64,000 nt of DNA from a bacterium (GTDB lineage: Bacteria; UBA10199; 2-02-FULL-44-16; JAAZCA01), in contig CAXXGI010000001.1 in assembly GCA_963674695.2 (NCBI GenBank), positions 352,001 to 416,000 of the forward strand, written 5' to 3'. The translations under genes were made by a program, and so were the position numbers. Below the pieces are notes generated by a model, which ran no database searches, was not told where the DNA came from, and saw only the letters and a program-made list of their open reading frames with translations. Numbering within the stretch: the stretch's first letter is position 1; the number at the start of each line of letters is the position of its first letter. Positions 1 through 9,160 of this stretch are shown piece after piece.

Positions 1-167
1 AATTTTTGGGTATCGCTTTCAGAGGTTGTTACTTGCCCATCCTTGTTGCTCGGTATGAGCTTTGGCGGGCGTCGCGAAGCTCCTCTTTTCATTTTTTCAT
101 CCCGTTTGTTGTTCTCGTTCAACACGGCAGGTAGTTTTCTCGGCATGAAGGTATCCCTCGCAATTTT

Positions 168-189
168 TTGGGGCCAATTTGGGGCCAAT
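168..189. repeat. Perfect 11-bp tandem repeat TTGGGGCCAAT x2; probable integrase arm-type sites
   Basis: Seen directly about 130 bp from a tRNA 3' fragment, with an IHF-like TAAGTTATTGTTA at 243-255 between them. Arm-site role is inferred. Confidence 0.55.
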
Positions 190-317
190 CGACTCAAAAA
201 TGACCGTTTCTATTCGTCTGTAACCGACAACTCGAAATGGGGTAAGTTATTGTTATCCTTCACAAACATCTGACATTGCAGCACTTTTGAAATTCTGCCA
301 AATATAGCCGGGAGCCG

Positions 318-361
318 CTCATAACCGGTTGGTTCCCCGTTCGAGTCGGGGAGGGCCCACA
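318..361 (+). mobile_element. 3' half of a tRNA with CAT anticodon (Ile2/Met type); att junction of an element lying left of the window
   Basis: Anticodon loop CTCATAA, 3' stem strand CCGGT, T-arm (CCCC-GTTCGAGTC-GGGG) and acceptor strand GGGCCCAC present. Upstream sequence cannot form the D-arm, acceptor or anticodon stem. Confidence 0.75.
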
Positions 362-398
362 GAACAAAAGCCCCGCCGAATGGTGGGGCTTTTGTTCT
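361..398. terminator. Intrinsic terminator hairpin after the tRNA fragment
   Basis: AGAACAAAAGCCCC...GGGGCTTTTGTTCT inverted repeat. Confidence 0.8.
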
Positions 399-781
399 GT
401 GGACACGCTCCGACGAGAACTGCAGCCCGCAGGGCTGCTGTTCGATGACCTTCCGACAAGTAGCTCGCCGATCAGGCGAGCTTTGTAATGCTGAAATGCC
501 GGCGAGTGGGTACCGCGAGCCGGCGCCGGGGAGGGCCCCTTGCGCCTGCCGTTTGTGTTGTGAGCCTTGCCAGACGAGAACTGCCGACCGAAGGGCGGCT
601 GTTGTCACTTCGTTCTGACCTATAAGGATTTTTGTTCCCCGCCTGACCTTACCCCATTTTCTATACCAATCGTAACCTTACAAGTCCAGGGTTTGACCCA
701 ACCCCAATTTCTGGACCAGTTTTCGGGGGGAAGATCATGTCTTGTGGGCCTTGCATGCCGACTTCGGCGAAGACTTCGGAA

Positions 782-1615
782 TCAATGACGATCCAACGGT
801 TTGAGCAACGTTCTCAATTCATGTTCGACGTTTTTGAATGACGGAATATCCCGTAGTTGGTGTTCAAGTGAGCGCCCCCAGGCCCGGGATACTTTTCCCA
901 ACAGGACGTCATCGAAAAAATCATCGGTGTGCTCAAAAGCAACATTCTTAAACGCGCACTTCTGACGAAACAGCGTCCGTATCTTCGGCCAATCAAACTC
1001 CTCGTTCGTCAACAAATACCAGATGTCATACCAATCCCTCGGTCGCGCGACACGCTTGACCTGCTGCAACATCGAACGCAGCTTCTCCGCGATGATCTCC
1101 TCGAGCTTGTAGACCTGAATACTGACCTCTTCCGCATCGCTGTAGCGCTGGATGATTGGCTTCAGATCTGGCCCCTCCATAACCTTCTCGTAATACGTGA
1201 GGTCCAGCTTGATCGTGGGTTTTATGGTGACCGGCTTCGAAGGACCCACAAAGGCAAGTCGTCCCTTGAGTGCCTCTTCCCCCTCTTCATCCCTCGTCTG
1301 CGTGAGTTCGGCCAACGACATCTCCATCCCGCTGGCCTTCGAAATGGAATCAGCACACTCCTTGAGGTCCGCCTCGAGCCTGCCGATATCGAATGCCGCC
1401 CCCTGAATCGTAAAATCCAGATCTTCGGAGAATCGATAGTGCTTGAAGTAACATTTTCTGAGCGCGGTACCGCCCTTGAAGACAAGCGCCCTGGACAACG
1501 CCGGATGGTTGGCTATTCCCCACAACGCCCATCCGAGCACGTAATCTTTCTCGGCAGAATGAAAGGGGATCCCCTCTTCCGCCGCAGCCTTCTTGAGCTC
1601 TACCGTGCGAATCAT
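782..1615 (-). CDS. abiEii: AbiEii/AbiGii-family nucleotidyltransferase toxin (type IV TA)
   Basis: Motifs EKDY, FKGGTALRK, YRFSEDLDF, EEIIAEKL and RPRDWYD. Confidence 0.92.
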   Translation of the reverse strand: MIRTVELKKAAAEEGIPFHSAEKDYVLGWALWGIANHPALSRALVFKGGTALRKCYFKHYRFSEDLDFTIQGAAFDIGRLEADLKECADSISKASGMEMSLAELTQTRDEEGEEALKGRLAFVGPSKPVTIKPTIKLDLTYYEKVMEGPDLKPIIQRYSDAEEVSIQVYKLEEIIAEKLRSMLQQVKRVARPRDWYDIWYLLTNEEFDWPKIRTLFRQKCAFKNVAFEHTDDFFDDVLLGKVSRAWGRSLEHQLRDIPSFKNVEHELRTLLKPLDRH

Positions 1616-1619
1616 CGTC

Positions 1620-2429
1620 TCATCCTATATCGATGTTTATCCGGAGTCGCCACGTTGAATCCACCGGCCCGTCCTTCGGGCCGTCCGGGTCGAGCAGGTT
1701 GTAGTTCCTATCGACCGCTCCCAACCACGCCTCCGCCTCTGGTATCTTCCATCCCATGCGATCGGACAGAAAACCAAACCGCTTGAAGAGCACCGTCCTG
1801 TCAAGCCTGTGCAGATACTCGTCGAGTCGCTTGTGATCGAGCTTCGATACGGAATCGGTATCGAGGGAGCCAAGGATCAACGCCATCCCTCCGCAGTGCT
1901 TCGGCATCCAGAGGGCATCGATGAGCGTCCTCTCCTTATCCGTAATGCGCACCTTCTCGTTCTCGACCCAGATATCCTCGTGACCAAAGAAGCTTTCCTT
2001 CCCCATGCATACGAATGTGTACTGCAGATCCAGAACCTCACGATTGTGCATGCGCCTGGTGCCGCTCACATAGACGCCCCGTGGAAGTTGGTCTGTAAAT
2101 CCGTGAAAATTGAAGGCTGACCAGTGACTCACGGCGCCGTCCGGCATGAGGTGTTTTGCGATAACAAACGAAGACTCGGTGAAGAGCCGATTCGTGCCCG
2201 CCTCCACAGGCACGATCATGTAGAGCCCCCGGTTGATCCGCTTGAGCCAGCCGCGCTTGGTCAACGCCATGAGCGCGGGACGCAGGCGTTCGCGACTGAG
2301 CCCGCTCCCCTCTCGGATCTCATCGAAGGTGACGATCGGCTTGCCCACGTCAGCCGCGGAGAGGAGGACATGGGACTGCATTTCGCTTAAGGCATGGGAA
2401 ATGGCCACTTTTGTCTTGTTATGTGTCAT
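1620..2429 (-). CDS. abiEi: AbiEi-family antitoxin / transcriptional regulator
   Basis: N-terminal wHTH (LTKRGWLKRINRGLY), SHWSAFNFHGFTDQLP and ITDKERTLID; immediately upstream of abiEii. Start chosen at MTHNK. Confidence 0.88.
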   Translation of the reverse strand: MTHNKTKVAISHALSEMQSHVLLSAADVGKPIVTFDEIREGSGLSRERLRPALMALTKRGWLKRINRGLYMIVPVEAGTNRLFTESSFVIAKHLMPDGAVSHWSAFNFHGFTDQLPRGVYVSGTRRMHNREVLDLQYTFVCMGKESFFGHEDIWVENEKVRITDKERTLIDALWMPKHCGGMALILGSLDTDSVSKLDHKRLDEYLHRLDRTVLFKRFGFLSDRMGWKIPEAEAWLGAVDRNYNLLDPDGPKDGPVDSTWRLRINIDIG

Positions 2430-2470
2430 GATAATGTCCAAAACAAATATTATTGTATCACATAACAAGA
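2414..2470. promoter_or_regulatory. 22-bp imperfect inverted repeat over the abiEi start; putative autorepression operator
   Basis: TCTTGTTATGTG (2414-2425) and CACATAACAAGA (2459-2470) are exact complements; inner ATAAT/ATTAT also match. Confidence 0.65.
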
Positions 2471-2564
2471 AACAGGCAAGAAACAATCTTATTCATTGTG
2501 TAGATAGTAGTGTTTTATGAACATTATTTAAACACATTTTAAGACAGAACCCGATTCAACAGGC

Positions 2565-3092
2565 TTAAATGCCATCCGTATTATGAAGTGCCCCCTCACC
2601 CCCCGGCCATTCGAAGAGGTTTTTGAGGCGTTCCCAGAACTCGCCGCCGAGGACGATGAGGGAGGTCATGAAGAGCAGATCGCCCGCGATGAGCAGGGCC
2701 ACCAGCGCATAGTGCTGCATTTGGCTCGGCTGTCCGAAGATCAGCACAATCTCGGTGATGTAATAGGGAGCCACGCTGATGAGGAGCACGGCGATGCCGA
2801 TCCGATGACGCGTTCGACTCACGCGCGCGGGCAAGGCGCCCTTTCGTCGAAAGAAGATCGCTTTGATCTTGGCGGTGAGCATCTGCACGAAGGGTTTTCC
2901 CAGAAGCACGGCACAGAGGAGAAAGGCCACCTCGGCCGAGGCCATCAGGATGGCCGCGATCGAGAGCATCTGTGCATCCGTCAGCGACAGAAATGGCAGG
3001 ATGAAGAGCGTGACGACATAGGGAATGAAGCTATAGATGAAGAGCCCCATCCCCAGGTAATACTTCCCGTTCTTCTCGAAGACGGCCCCCAT
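2565..3092 (-). CDS. Four-TM membrane protein (transporter-suffix-like)
   Basis: Duplicated two-helix unit ending LGKPF and LGGEFWERLK. Confidence 0.7.
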   Translation of the reverse strand: MGAVFEKNGKYYLGMGLFIYSFIPYVVTLFILPFLSLTDAQMLSIAAILMASAEVAFLLCAVLLGKPFVQMLTAKIKAIFFRRKGALPARVSRTRHRIGIAVLLISVAPYYITEIVLIFGQPSQMQHYALVALLIAGDLLFMTSLIVLGGEFWERLKNLFEWPGGEGALHNTDGI

Positions 3093-3258
3093 ACCACCCC
3101 CCTCTGCGTGCAGTTCATTTCGGCCATCCTTCCTCTTCTGCAGACAGAACTCAACAGGAACCAACATTTGGAAAACAACCCCCCGTATTCACACGCCCCC
3201 CCCCGGAATCGCCGACATCAGGCTCATCCGCGCCGATCACGTCGATCACACCGAAGCT

Positions 3259-4140
3259 TTAGCGGAAATGCGAAACGCCAAAACCCATCGGAAGAAATGC
3301 GTGTGGAAATCCAATCGATTCGAGATAGCCGTTGATGACAGAAACCATAAATTCACGGGGGATTATCTGCTCTGTCCAAACATATGGCCTTATTTCCGCA
3401 GGGAGATCGGCGCTTTCGTATTGGGTCATTTTCTCATCGGAGGACAACGCGCTCCATGTGTTATCAATCATCGGAAACAGATAACGCGCAATATTGCGCA
3501 ATTCATCTACAGATAGTGCAGCGGGAATAGCTTTGGCGGCATTGTCGTTCGCAACGATAAAATGCATCAGGGAGATCACACAGTCGGAATAGGTAGTGTT
3601 ATTCCTTGATATCTGCACCTTGTGCAACCATGTCAGATCCTTTTCGATGTCTTCCATCTCCTTCGAGAGGTAGTAAAGAATGAGCGCCGTTTCGATGAAT
3701 GCGTCCCCCAACAGCGTCAGGGCCATTCCATCATTGGGCTTCGATTTCGGCACGGATGGCAGCGAATGAGTCGATTGCACAAGCCTCACTATCGGGAGAC
3801 CTCGCAATGCACGAGAATGAACGGGCTCCAGAGATGCGGCTTTGGTGCCATCAATGTTCAGACGATAGGATGTCGCCTCTGGAATATATGACGATTGAAA
3901 ACGATCGACCCCCTTGATTTCAACACCCAGCTCATCGAGATATATTGCAGCGTCTCGTTCGAGGATCATTTCATTGAAGGGGGCCTCTTCAATCGTGTGC
4001 GTTACGATACCTCCCGGCAAGAGCGATACCGTGTGACGCAGCTCCGTCGGACCGAAGCTCTCCACCATTTCCGGACTACTCAGAAAGACAGCGGATGCCC
4101 CACTGATGCCAATGGTCGTCGGTGTGATAAACGGATTCAT
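3259..4140 (-). CDS. Hypothetical protein
   Basis: Long ORF; start moved to MNPFIT, downstream of a sigma28-like promoter at 4161-4187. Confidence 0.6.
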   Translation of the reverse strand: MNPFITPTTIGISGASAVFLSSPEMVESFGPTELRHTVSLLPGGIVTHTIEEAPFNEMILERDAAIYLDELGVEIKGVDRFQSSYIPEATSYRLNIDGTKAASLEPVHSRALRGLPIVRLVQSTHSLPSVPKSKPNDGMALTLLGDAFIETALILYYLSKEMEDIEKDLTWLHKVQISRNNTTYSDCVISLMHFIVANDNAAKAIPAALSVDELRNIARYLFPMIDNTWSALSSDEKMTQYESADLPAEIRPYVWTEQIIPREFMVSVINGYLESIGFPHAFLPMGFGVSHFR

Positions 4141-4160
4141 ATTATTTGCGTCCCGATAAT

Positions 4161-4187
4161 GTATCGCCAATAGCACACAAAGGTTGC
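4161..4187 (-). promoter_or_regulatory. sigma28-like promoter GCAACCTT-N11-GGCGATAC
   Basis: Same spacing as four other promoters in the window. Confidence 0.5.
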
Positions 4188-4349
4188 GCCGATTTCCAAA
4201 CGCAAATCCAGCCGTTCGGAAAACGCATACTATTCCGCTTTGTTACCAGGTGAGTTTTTTTTACATGGCAACCGGTTCGTTCAACTAATGTCAGACCGAG
4301 CAAATGAAATAACCATGCACCACTTTGAAATATATGCCCATTTTTCCAC

Positions 4350-4376
4350 GCAACTTATCCCTCGAAACGTCGATAC
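4350..4376 (+). promoter_or_regulatory. sigma28-like promoter GCAACTTA-N11-GTCGATAC
   Basis: Same architecture, upstream of the 4437 ORF. Confidence 0.5.
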
Positions 4377-4436
4377 CAAGCTTGTCTGGACAAATGGCCC
4401 CTTTGTACGCTCTGTTCTCACGGGAGAGGTACACCC

Positions 4437-5798
4437 ATGTCGGAGGTGGCGCCGAACATCGGCCCGTTCACGCGGAAGCTGCCGGAGAAGGCAGCCAACG
4501 AACCGATCAATGCGATGGTTCGCGGGGCGCTGGCGAACGCCGTCGCGGCGGAACAAGCCAAACCGCATGCGTCGCGTGAAGCATACGTCGACGCCGTGAT
4601 CGACACCTTCTACCTCGAACTCGGCGCGGGTGCGCTGGGCGCCGTCATCGAGTTCAAGGCCCTCTCGCTCCCCGATGCATATGTCGGCCGCATGCCGCGC
4701 CGCGACAGCGCGCTGAAGTTCCTCGATCGCGCCGACTTTCGGGGATACGCAAATCCCGTCATCTTCAGCCCCATCCTGGGCCTGGCCTCCCGCGATGAAC
4801 ATCGCGTCTGCTACGTCGGCTCCGACAAGTTCGGCCACTTCATCCAGCAGGGGTACGACTATCACACCATCCTGCGTGCGATCGAACGCAAACGCCCCGG
4901 CTACGGACTGCTCTATGCACAGGCCTGGGGCGCATGGCTCGAAGGCGAAGAGCTCTCCGCCGAGGCAGTCGAGCGCTATCTCGCATCGCACGATCTGCCC
5001 GATAATGCCGCGAGCGTCGCGCAGGTTCAGCGCGAGCTGCACGCCTTTCTCACGCAGGACGATCTCATCTCGAGCTTGAGTCCCATGCCCGAGTTCGCCA
5101 AGGGCAACCGCTTCCTCAAGAGCCTGGCCCGAACCGTCGGCGTCCATCAGCGCGGCATCATGGGGCTCACCACCACCGGCATCTATTCCAACGCGGATCT
5201 CGCGGCCAATGAAGCGGGGCTGCGCTTCTATCTCGACCTCGAACGCGATCCGGAGAAACTGGCTGAACGCTTCGACATCGCCGATTACGCCGACTGTTCG
5301 TGGGACGAGGAGGTGCTCCCCTCGAAGTTTTCCCCGGAGGTCAAAGCGCGTATCGATGAAGCCGTGCGCGGAGAAAAACGCGCACACTTCGCCACGGGTC
5401 TGGCCTTCGGCTTCAACCTGCCGAACTATCAGTTCTCGCTCTCCACGCCGCTGGCCTACTACGCCTCGCTCGATGAAGACTACGAGATCCGCCTGCGCCT
5501 GGGCGCGTCGATCCCGCTGTCCGGAAACGAGAAGGCCTATGCCGAGGACAGCCAGCTCTTCACGGCGCTGGACGCAAGCGTGCGATTGACGGGACTCAAC
5601 TATCTCTATTTTTCGGGAGAGCTGGGGATCACGCCGCAGATCATATCGGATGATCCCGCGCGCGCGGTGCGCCCCGCCGTGGAGACGGGCTATGAGGTGA
5701 TGCTGGGCGGCTGGGGCTCGCTGCAGTTCGGCCTCAACTACGACATCATCAAGCAGCTCCCCAGCGCCGCGATCGGCGCCCTGCTCCTGTGGCGATAG
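4437..5798 (+). CDS. Hypothetical protein; helical domain with VGSDKFGHF motif and C-terminal beta-strand-rich (barrel-like) region
   Basis: 453-aa ORF, RBS GGAGAGG, GC3-biased codons. Confidence 0.7.
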   Translation: MSEVAPNIGPFTRKLPEKAANEPINAMVRGALANAVAAEQAKPHASREAYVDAVIDTFYLELGAGALGAVIEFKALSLPDAYVGRMPRRDSALKFLDRADFRGYANPVIFSPILGLASRDEHRVCYVGSDKFGHFIQQGYDYHTILRAIERKRPGYGLLYAQAWGAWLEGEELSAEAVERYLASHDLPDNAASVAQVQRELHAFLTQDDLISSLSPMPEFAKGNRFLKSLARTVGVHQRGIMGLTTTGIYSNADLAANEAGLRFYLDLERDPEKLAERFDIADYADCSWDEEVLPSKFSPEVKARIDEAVRGEKRAHFATGLAFGFNLPNYQFSLSTPLAYYASLDEDYEIRLRLGASIPLSGNEKAYAEDSQLFTALDASVRLTGLNYLYFSGELGITPQIISDDPARAVRPAVETGYEVMLGGWGSLQFGLNYDIIKQLPSAAIGALLLWR

Positions 5799-5825
5799 CC
5801 CGCACGACATCGGGACGATTCAGTC

Positions 5826-7523
5826 ATGGCAGATATCCGACACATCGAGATCGAGGGCCATCGGTACCGGATCGATGAAAGCGATCCCTTCCTCCGCCGG
5901 ATCGTCAACCTGGTCGGCCCCCTCGACCGCGACGGCGATGGGCTCCTCACGGAGGAGGAGGTCCGAACCGGCCTGACCGCCGATCCCCGCGTGGAAACGG
6001 CCGTCGAGGCCGAGCTGGATCAGGCGCGCCGCGACCGCGACCGGCGGATGGACGACTCGAACCGACGCTTCGTCCCTGCCCCTGTTCGCGATACTGCGGA
6101 TGCGCTCGGGGCCCTCCTGGGCGACGCCGAACGCGCCCGCCGTCTGACGATCGCCGTTCCCGCCGGCAGCTTCGGCGCCTTCCCCGCGGAGCGCGTGAGG
6201 GAAATCCTCGCCGGACAACCGCCGCTCGCACTCCGCTCCCGCTCCCTCGGAGCGTACGCCGAAGAGGAAGACGGGATGCGACAGTTCTGCCAGGAGCACG
6301 ATTCCATCGAATGGTGCCACCTGCTCAACGATCGGTTCAGCACCATGTTCTCCTACCTGGAGGCCTACACCTCGCGGGAGATCTCTCCCCTGCTCGCCGA
6401 TCGCAATCCGTTCGACCTGTTCTCGGTGCCCGCAATGGTCATCCCCCTCGACGTCGGCAAAACGCCGCCGCTCCAGCGCGGGATGCCGCTGGCGACGATC
6501 GCCGAAGAGGGCGCGGCGGCCAGCAGGGCGCTCTATCTCTACGCCGACTCCGAAATGAAGATCGACGACATCGTGGGCTACATGAACACCATCCGCGCCG
6601 TGAGCATCACGATGCGGTTTGCCGCACCTGCGGCCTACGCCGAAAAATACGCGGACGCGTTCGACGAAGCCGCAGCGATCCTGTCCCGGTCGCATCCGAA
6701 CATCCATCCGAACAACCTGAAACTCATGCTGCTCTACCGCCTCTTTCGGGAATCGTTCGCGCTCGACGCCACCGACGTCTGGCAGGACATGGCGGCCTGC
6801 CGCTCGACGTCCTGCTCCACGCTCGAACGCTTTGAAGAAAAATTTCCGACTGTCGACGCGGGGTGGGCCGAATACACATGGCTGTCGGCGAGCCTTCTGA
6901 TCGGCAAGCAGCAGCAGGGGTTCGGGCCGATGCAGCTCATCCTGGGGCTGGCGCTGGAGGCCGCCTCGCACGAGGCCACCTGCGCCCGCTACCGCGGCGT
7001 GCTGACGGAGGAGGAACTCACCACCGAGGAGGGGGCGCTCCGGGCGCTGCTCGATCCCCGCAAGGCGGTCTTCTTCGCCGCCCTCATCTACGACTTCATC
7101 CTCACCCGCCTTCAGGAAACGACGTACCGCGATCCGCGCGTTATGGCGCCGAGCGATGCCTACCCCTTTCCCGTCTCGCCGAAAGCGGCACGCGAACTCG
7201 CCCTGATCGAATCGGCGCAGGTCCTCTCCGCGTTCCCCGAGGAAGCGCCGTATGCGAAGGAACGCATCATCTCCGGCGCATCGTCGTCCTACTGGGCCGA
7301 TTTCTTCTTCATCGGCGAGATCCTCGGCATCGAACCGGCCTTCCCCGAACTGCGGATGGTCACCGCACGCTACGACTTCCTCTCCCTGTTTCAGCCGGAG
7401 AGCGACCCGCGCCTTCGTACCATCCGCTCGCAGCCCAGGGTCGACATCCGCTTCCTCGCTCCGACCTCCAGAGCCGACGCGGACGCAGCAGCTTCGGCGC
7501 CTTCCCCTATCGCACGCCCATGA
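5826..7523 (+). CDS. Hypothetical protein with EF-hand-like loop and possible divergent lytic-transglycosylase domain
   Basis: DRDGDGLLTEEE loop; FRES...GFGPMQL...LLDPRKAV resembles the SLT ES/GxMQ/DP motifs. Confidence 0.6.
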   Translation: MADIRHIEIEGHRYRIDESDPFLRRIVNLVGPLDRDGDGLLTEEEVRTGLTADPRVETAVEAELDQARRDRDRRMDDSNRRFVPAPVRDTADALGALLGDAERARRLTIAVPAGSFGAFPAERVREILAGQPPLALRSRSLGAYAEEEDGMRQFCQEHDSIEWCHLLNDRFSTMFSYLEAYTSREISPLLADRNPFDLFSVPAMVIPLDVGKTPPLQRGMPLATIAEEGAAASRALYLYADSEMKIDDIVGYMNTIRAVSITMRFAAPAAYAEKYADAFDEAAAILSRSHPNIHPNNLKLMLLYRLFRESFALDATDVWQDMAACRSTSCSTLERFEEKFPTVDAGWAEYTWLSASLLIGKQQQGFGPMQLILGLALEAASHEATCARYRGVLTEEELTTEEGALRALLDPRKAVFFAALIYDFILTRLQETTYRDPRVMAPSDAYPFPVSPKAARELALIESAQVLSAFPEEAPYAKERIISGASSSYWADFFFIGEILGIEPAFPELRMVTARYDFLSLFQPESDPRLRTIRSQPRVDIRFLAPTSRADADAAASAPSPIARP

Positions 7524-9033
7524 TGGGGCGCATCTGTGTATCGCATGCATCGCCGACGGTCACCGATTGCATGCGCTCGGGCGAATCGCAATCCGCACCC
7601 CGATCGCGAACGCGACAGCCGATCGCCAGCGGTCGCCCGGCACGTAGCCAACGCGGCGTCTTGCGATAGCGCTCGACGCGTTTGAAGTGACACCCGCGCG
7701 GGATCCCATAGGGCGGACAGGATGCGGGGCGACGGAGACTCACCTTGCGATCATCGATGACAAATCCCGGATAGCGATTCTCGATGGCCACGACATCGCG
7801 ATCCGGATCGTATTGCACGCGAAACTCCTCGAAGCGATAGCCGCCCGCAACCTTTTTTCCCACCTTGATGCGCGTATTGGCAATCAATGCGAAGTCCTTG
7901 CCACGGCGCGCCACCGCACCCGAGACATACTCGACGCGTTTGTACTGCGGAAAACACTTCCCCATGGCCGGGGCGTGATAATAGTGACGCAGGTTTTTGA
8001 GATGCGAAATCGGCGTTCCCGGAAAGATCTTCGCGAGCGCGCGATCGTCACCATAGAGGATCTGCTCGATGTCACCGACGCTCTGCTCATACATGCGGCG
8101 CACGCGAGGACTCTCGCGGCTGGAGCGATCGCTCATGAAGCAGGTGGCCAGCCCCGAGATCTGGGCGAGGAACTCATCCCAGATGTTGTACTGCGAGACC
8201 TTCGAGGAGACCCCCTGAAAGTCACCGGGGAAAGAACACCCCTGACCTAACGAGCAGGTCTCTCGCGCCCGATTGCGGATCGAGAGCGCGATGACGTTGC
8301 GCTCGCAAGCGCCGTAGGCGCTACAGCCGCGATCGAGGTGCCCTTCGAAGAGGGCGGTGCGCATCGTATAGTCGAGGTGTTTTGCGCGTTCGAGATCCTT
8401 CGCTTTCCAACGCCGTGCGTTTTCAGCGATGAATTTTCCCCAGGCGGCGTTCAAGGCATCGCGGCGGCCGATGAGGTTTCGGTTTGCCCTCTCACACGGC
8501 GTGGAATTGTGAAAGGCACGAACGATCGCGTCGAGCGCGCTTGACGCCTTGCCCTGCGCAAACGGCGATACCTCGGTCCCGGGCGGATCGAAGAAGGGGG
8601 GCTTTTCCAGGTCGTAGAGATCGCGCACGCTGATGACATGCTGCACACGGGCATCGCAGTGATGATTCGGAACCGTCATCGCCGCGAGTTTGGCGACGGT
8701 CTCCTCGAACACCGTGGTCGATGCGGGTGTGGCCGTTCGGGAATCGACCACGATCTCGAACCCGACAAGCGGGGTTCCGCTTGTATCGGTCAGCGGCACT
8801 CCATCGCGCATGACGAGACAGGGGATGAGGGAGCTGCCCTGCTTGAGTGTCCCAGCGGGCCGGCCCCTGCGACCCCGCAGGGCTTCATCGGCCGTGTAGT
8901 AGGGGATATCCGCGGCACCATTGAAGCGATAGAGCGTCATGACGGGGGTTGCCGGAATGCCCGAGGCAAAAGCAGATGGGGAAAGGGCCAAGGCCAATAG
9001 CGACAGGAAAATCGTAGCGAAGAAAGCGCGCAT
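7507..9033 (-). CDS. Secreted Cys-rich protein, possibly SleB/Hydrolase_2-like cell-wall hydrolase
   Basis: Signal peptide ending AFA; RTALFEG...IALSIRNR...VSQYNIW...HYYHAP. Confidence 0.6.
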   Translation of the reverse strand: MRAFFATIFLSLLALALSPSAFASGIPATPVMTLYRFNGAADIPYYTADEALRGRRGRPAGTLKQGSSLIPCLVMRDGVPLTDTSGTPLVGFEIVVDSRTATPASTTVFEETVAKLAAMTVPNHHCDARVQHVISVRDLYDLEKPPFFDPPGTEVSPFAQGKASSALDAIVRAFHNSTPCERANRNLIGRRDALNAAWGKFIAENARRWKAKDLERAKHLDYTMRTALFEGHLDRGCSAYGACERNVIALSIRNRARETCSLGQGCSFPGDFQGVSSKVSQYNIWDEFLAQISGLATCFMSDRSSRESPRVRRMYEQSVGDIEQILYGDDRALAKIFPGTPISHLKNLRHYYHAPAMGKCFPQYKRVEYVSGAVARRGKDFALIANTRIKVGKKVAGGYRFEEFRVQYDPDRDVVAIENRYPGFVIDDRKVSLRRPASCPPYGIPRGCHFKRVERYRKTPRWLRAGRPLAIGCRVRDRGADCDSPERMQSVTVGDACDTQMRPIMGVR

Positions 9034-9108
9034 AACATGTGCACGGTATCGCGTTCGCATGGAAAATACCACCGCCAACGGACATTTTTATTCTGTGTTT
9101 AAAACCAC

Positions 9109-9135
9109 ACAACTTATTCGCGCTGCGACCGATGA
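9109..9135 (+). promoter_or_regulatory. sigma28-like promoter ACAACTTA-N11-ACCGATGA
   Basis: Same architecture, 25 nt before ATG 9161. Confidence 0.45.
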
Positions 9136-9160
9136 AATCGAGGGGCATCGGGGAAAGAGA

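Noticed and set aside
1-92. Partial minus-strand ORF (MKRGASRRPPK...) as an integrase start
   Set aside because: Only 30 codons are visible and there is no diagnostic motif.
285-361. Complete tRNA gene
   Set aside because: The 5' half cannot pair with the acceptor or anticodon stems; treated as an att fragment.
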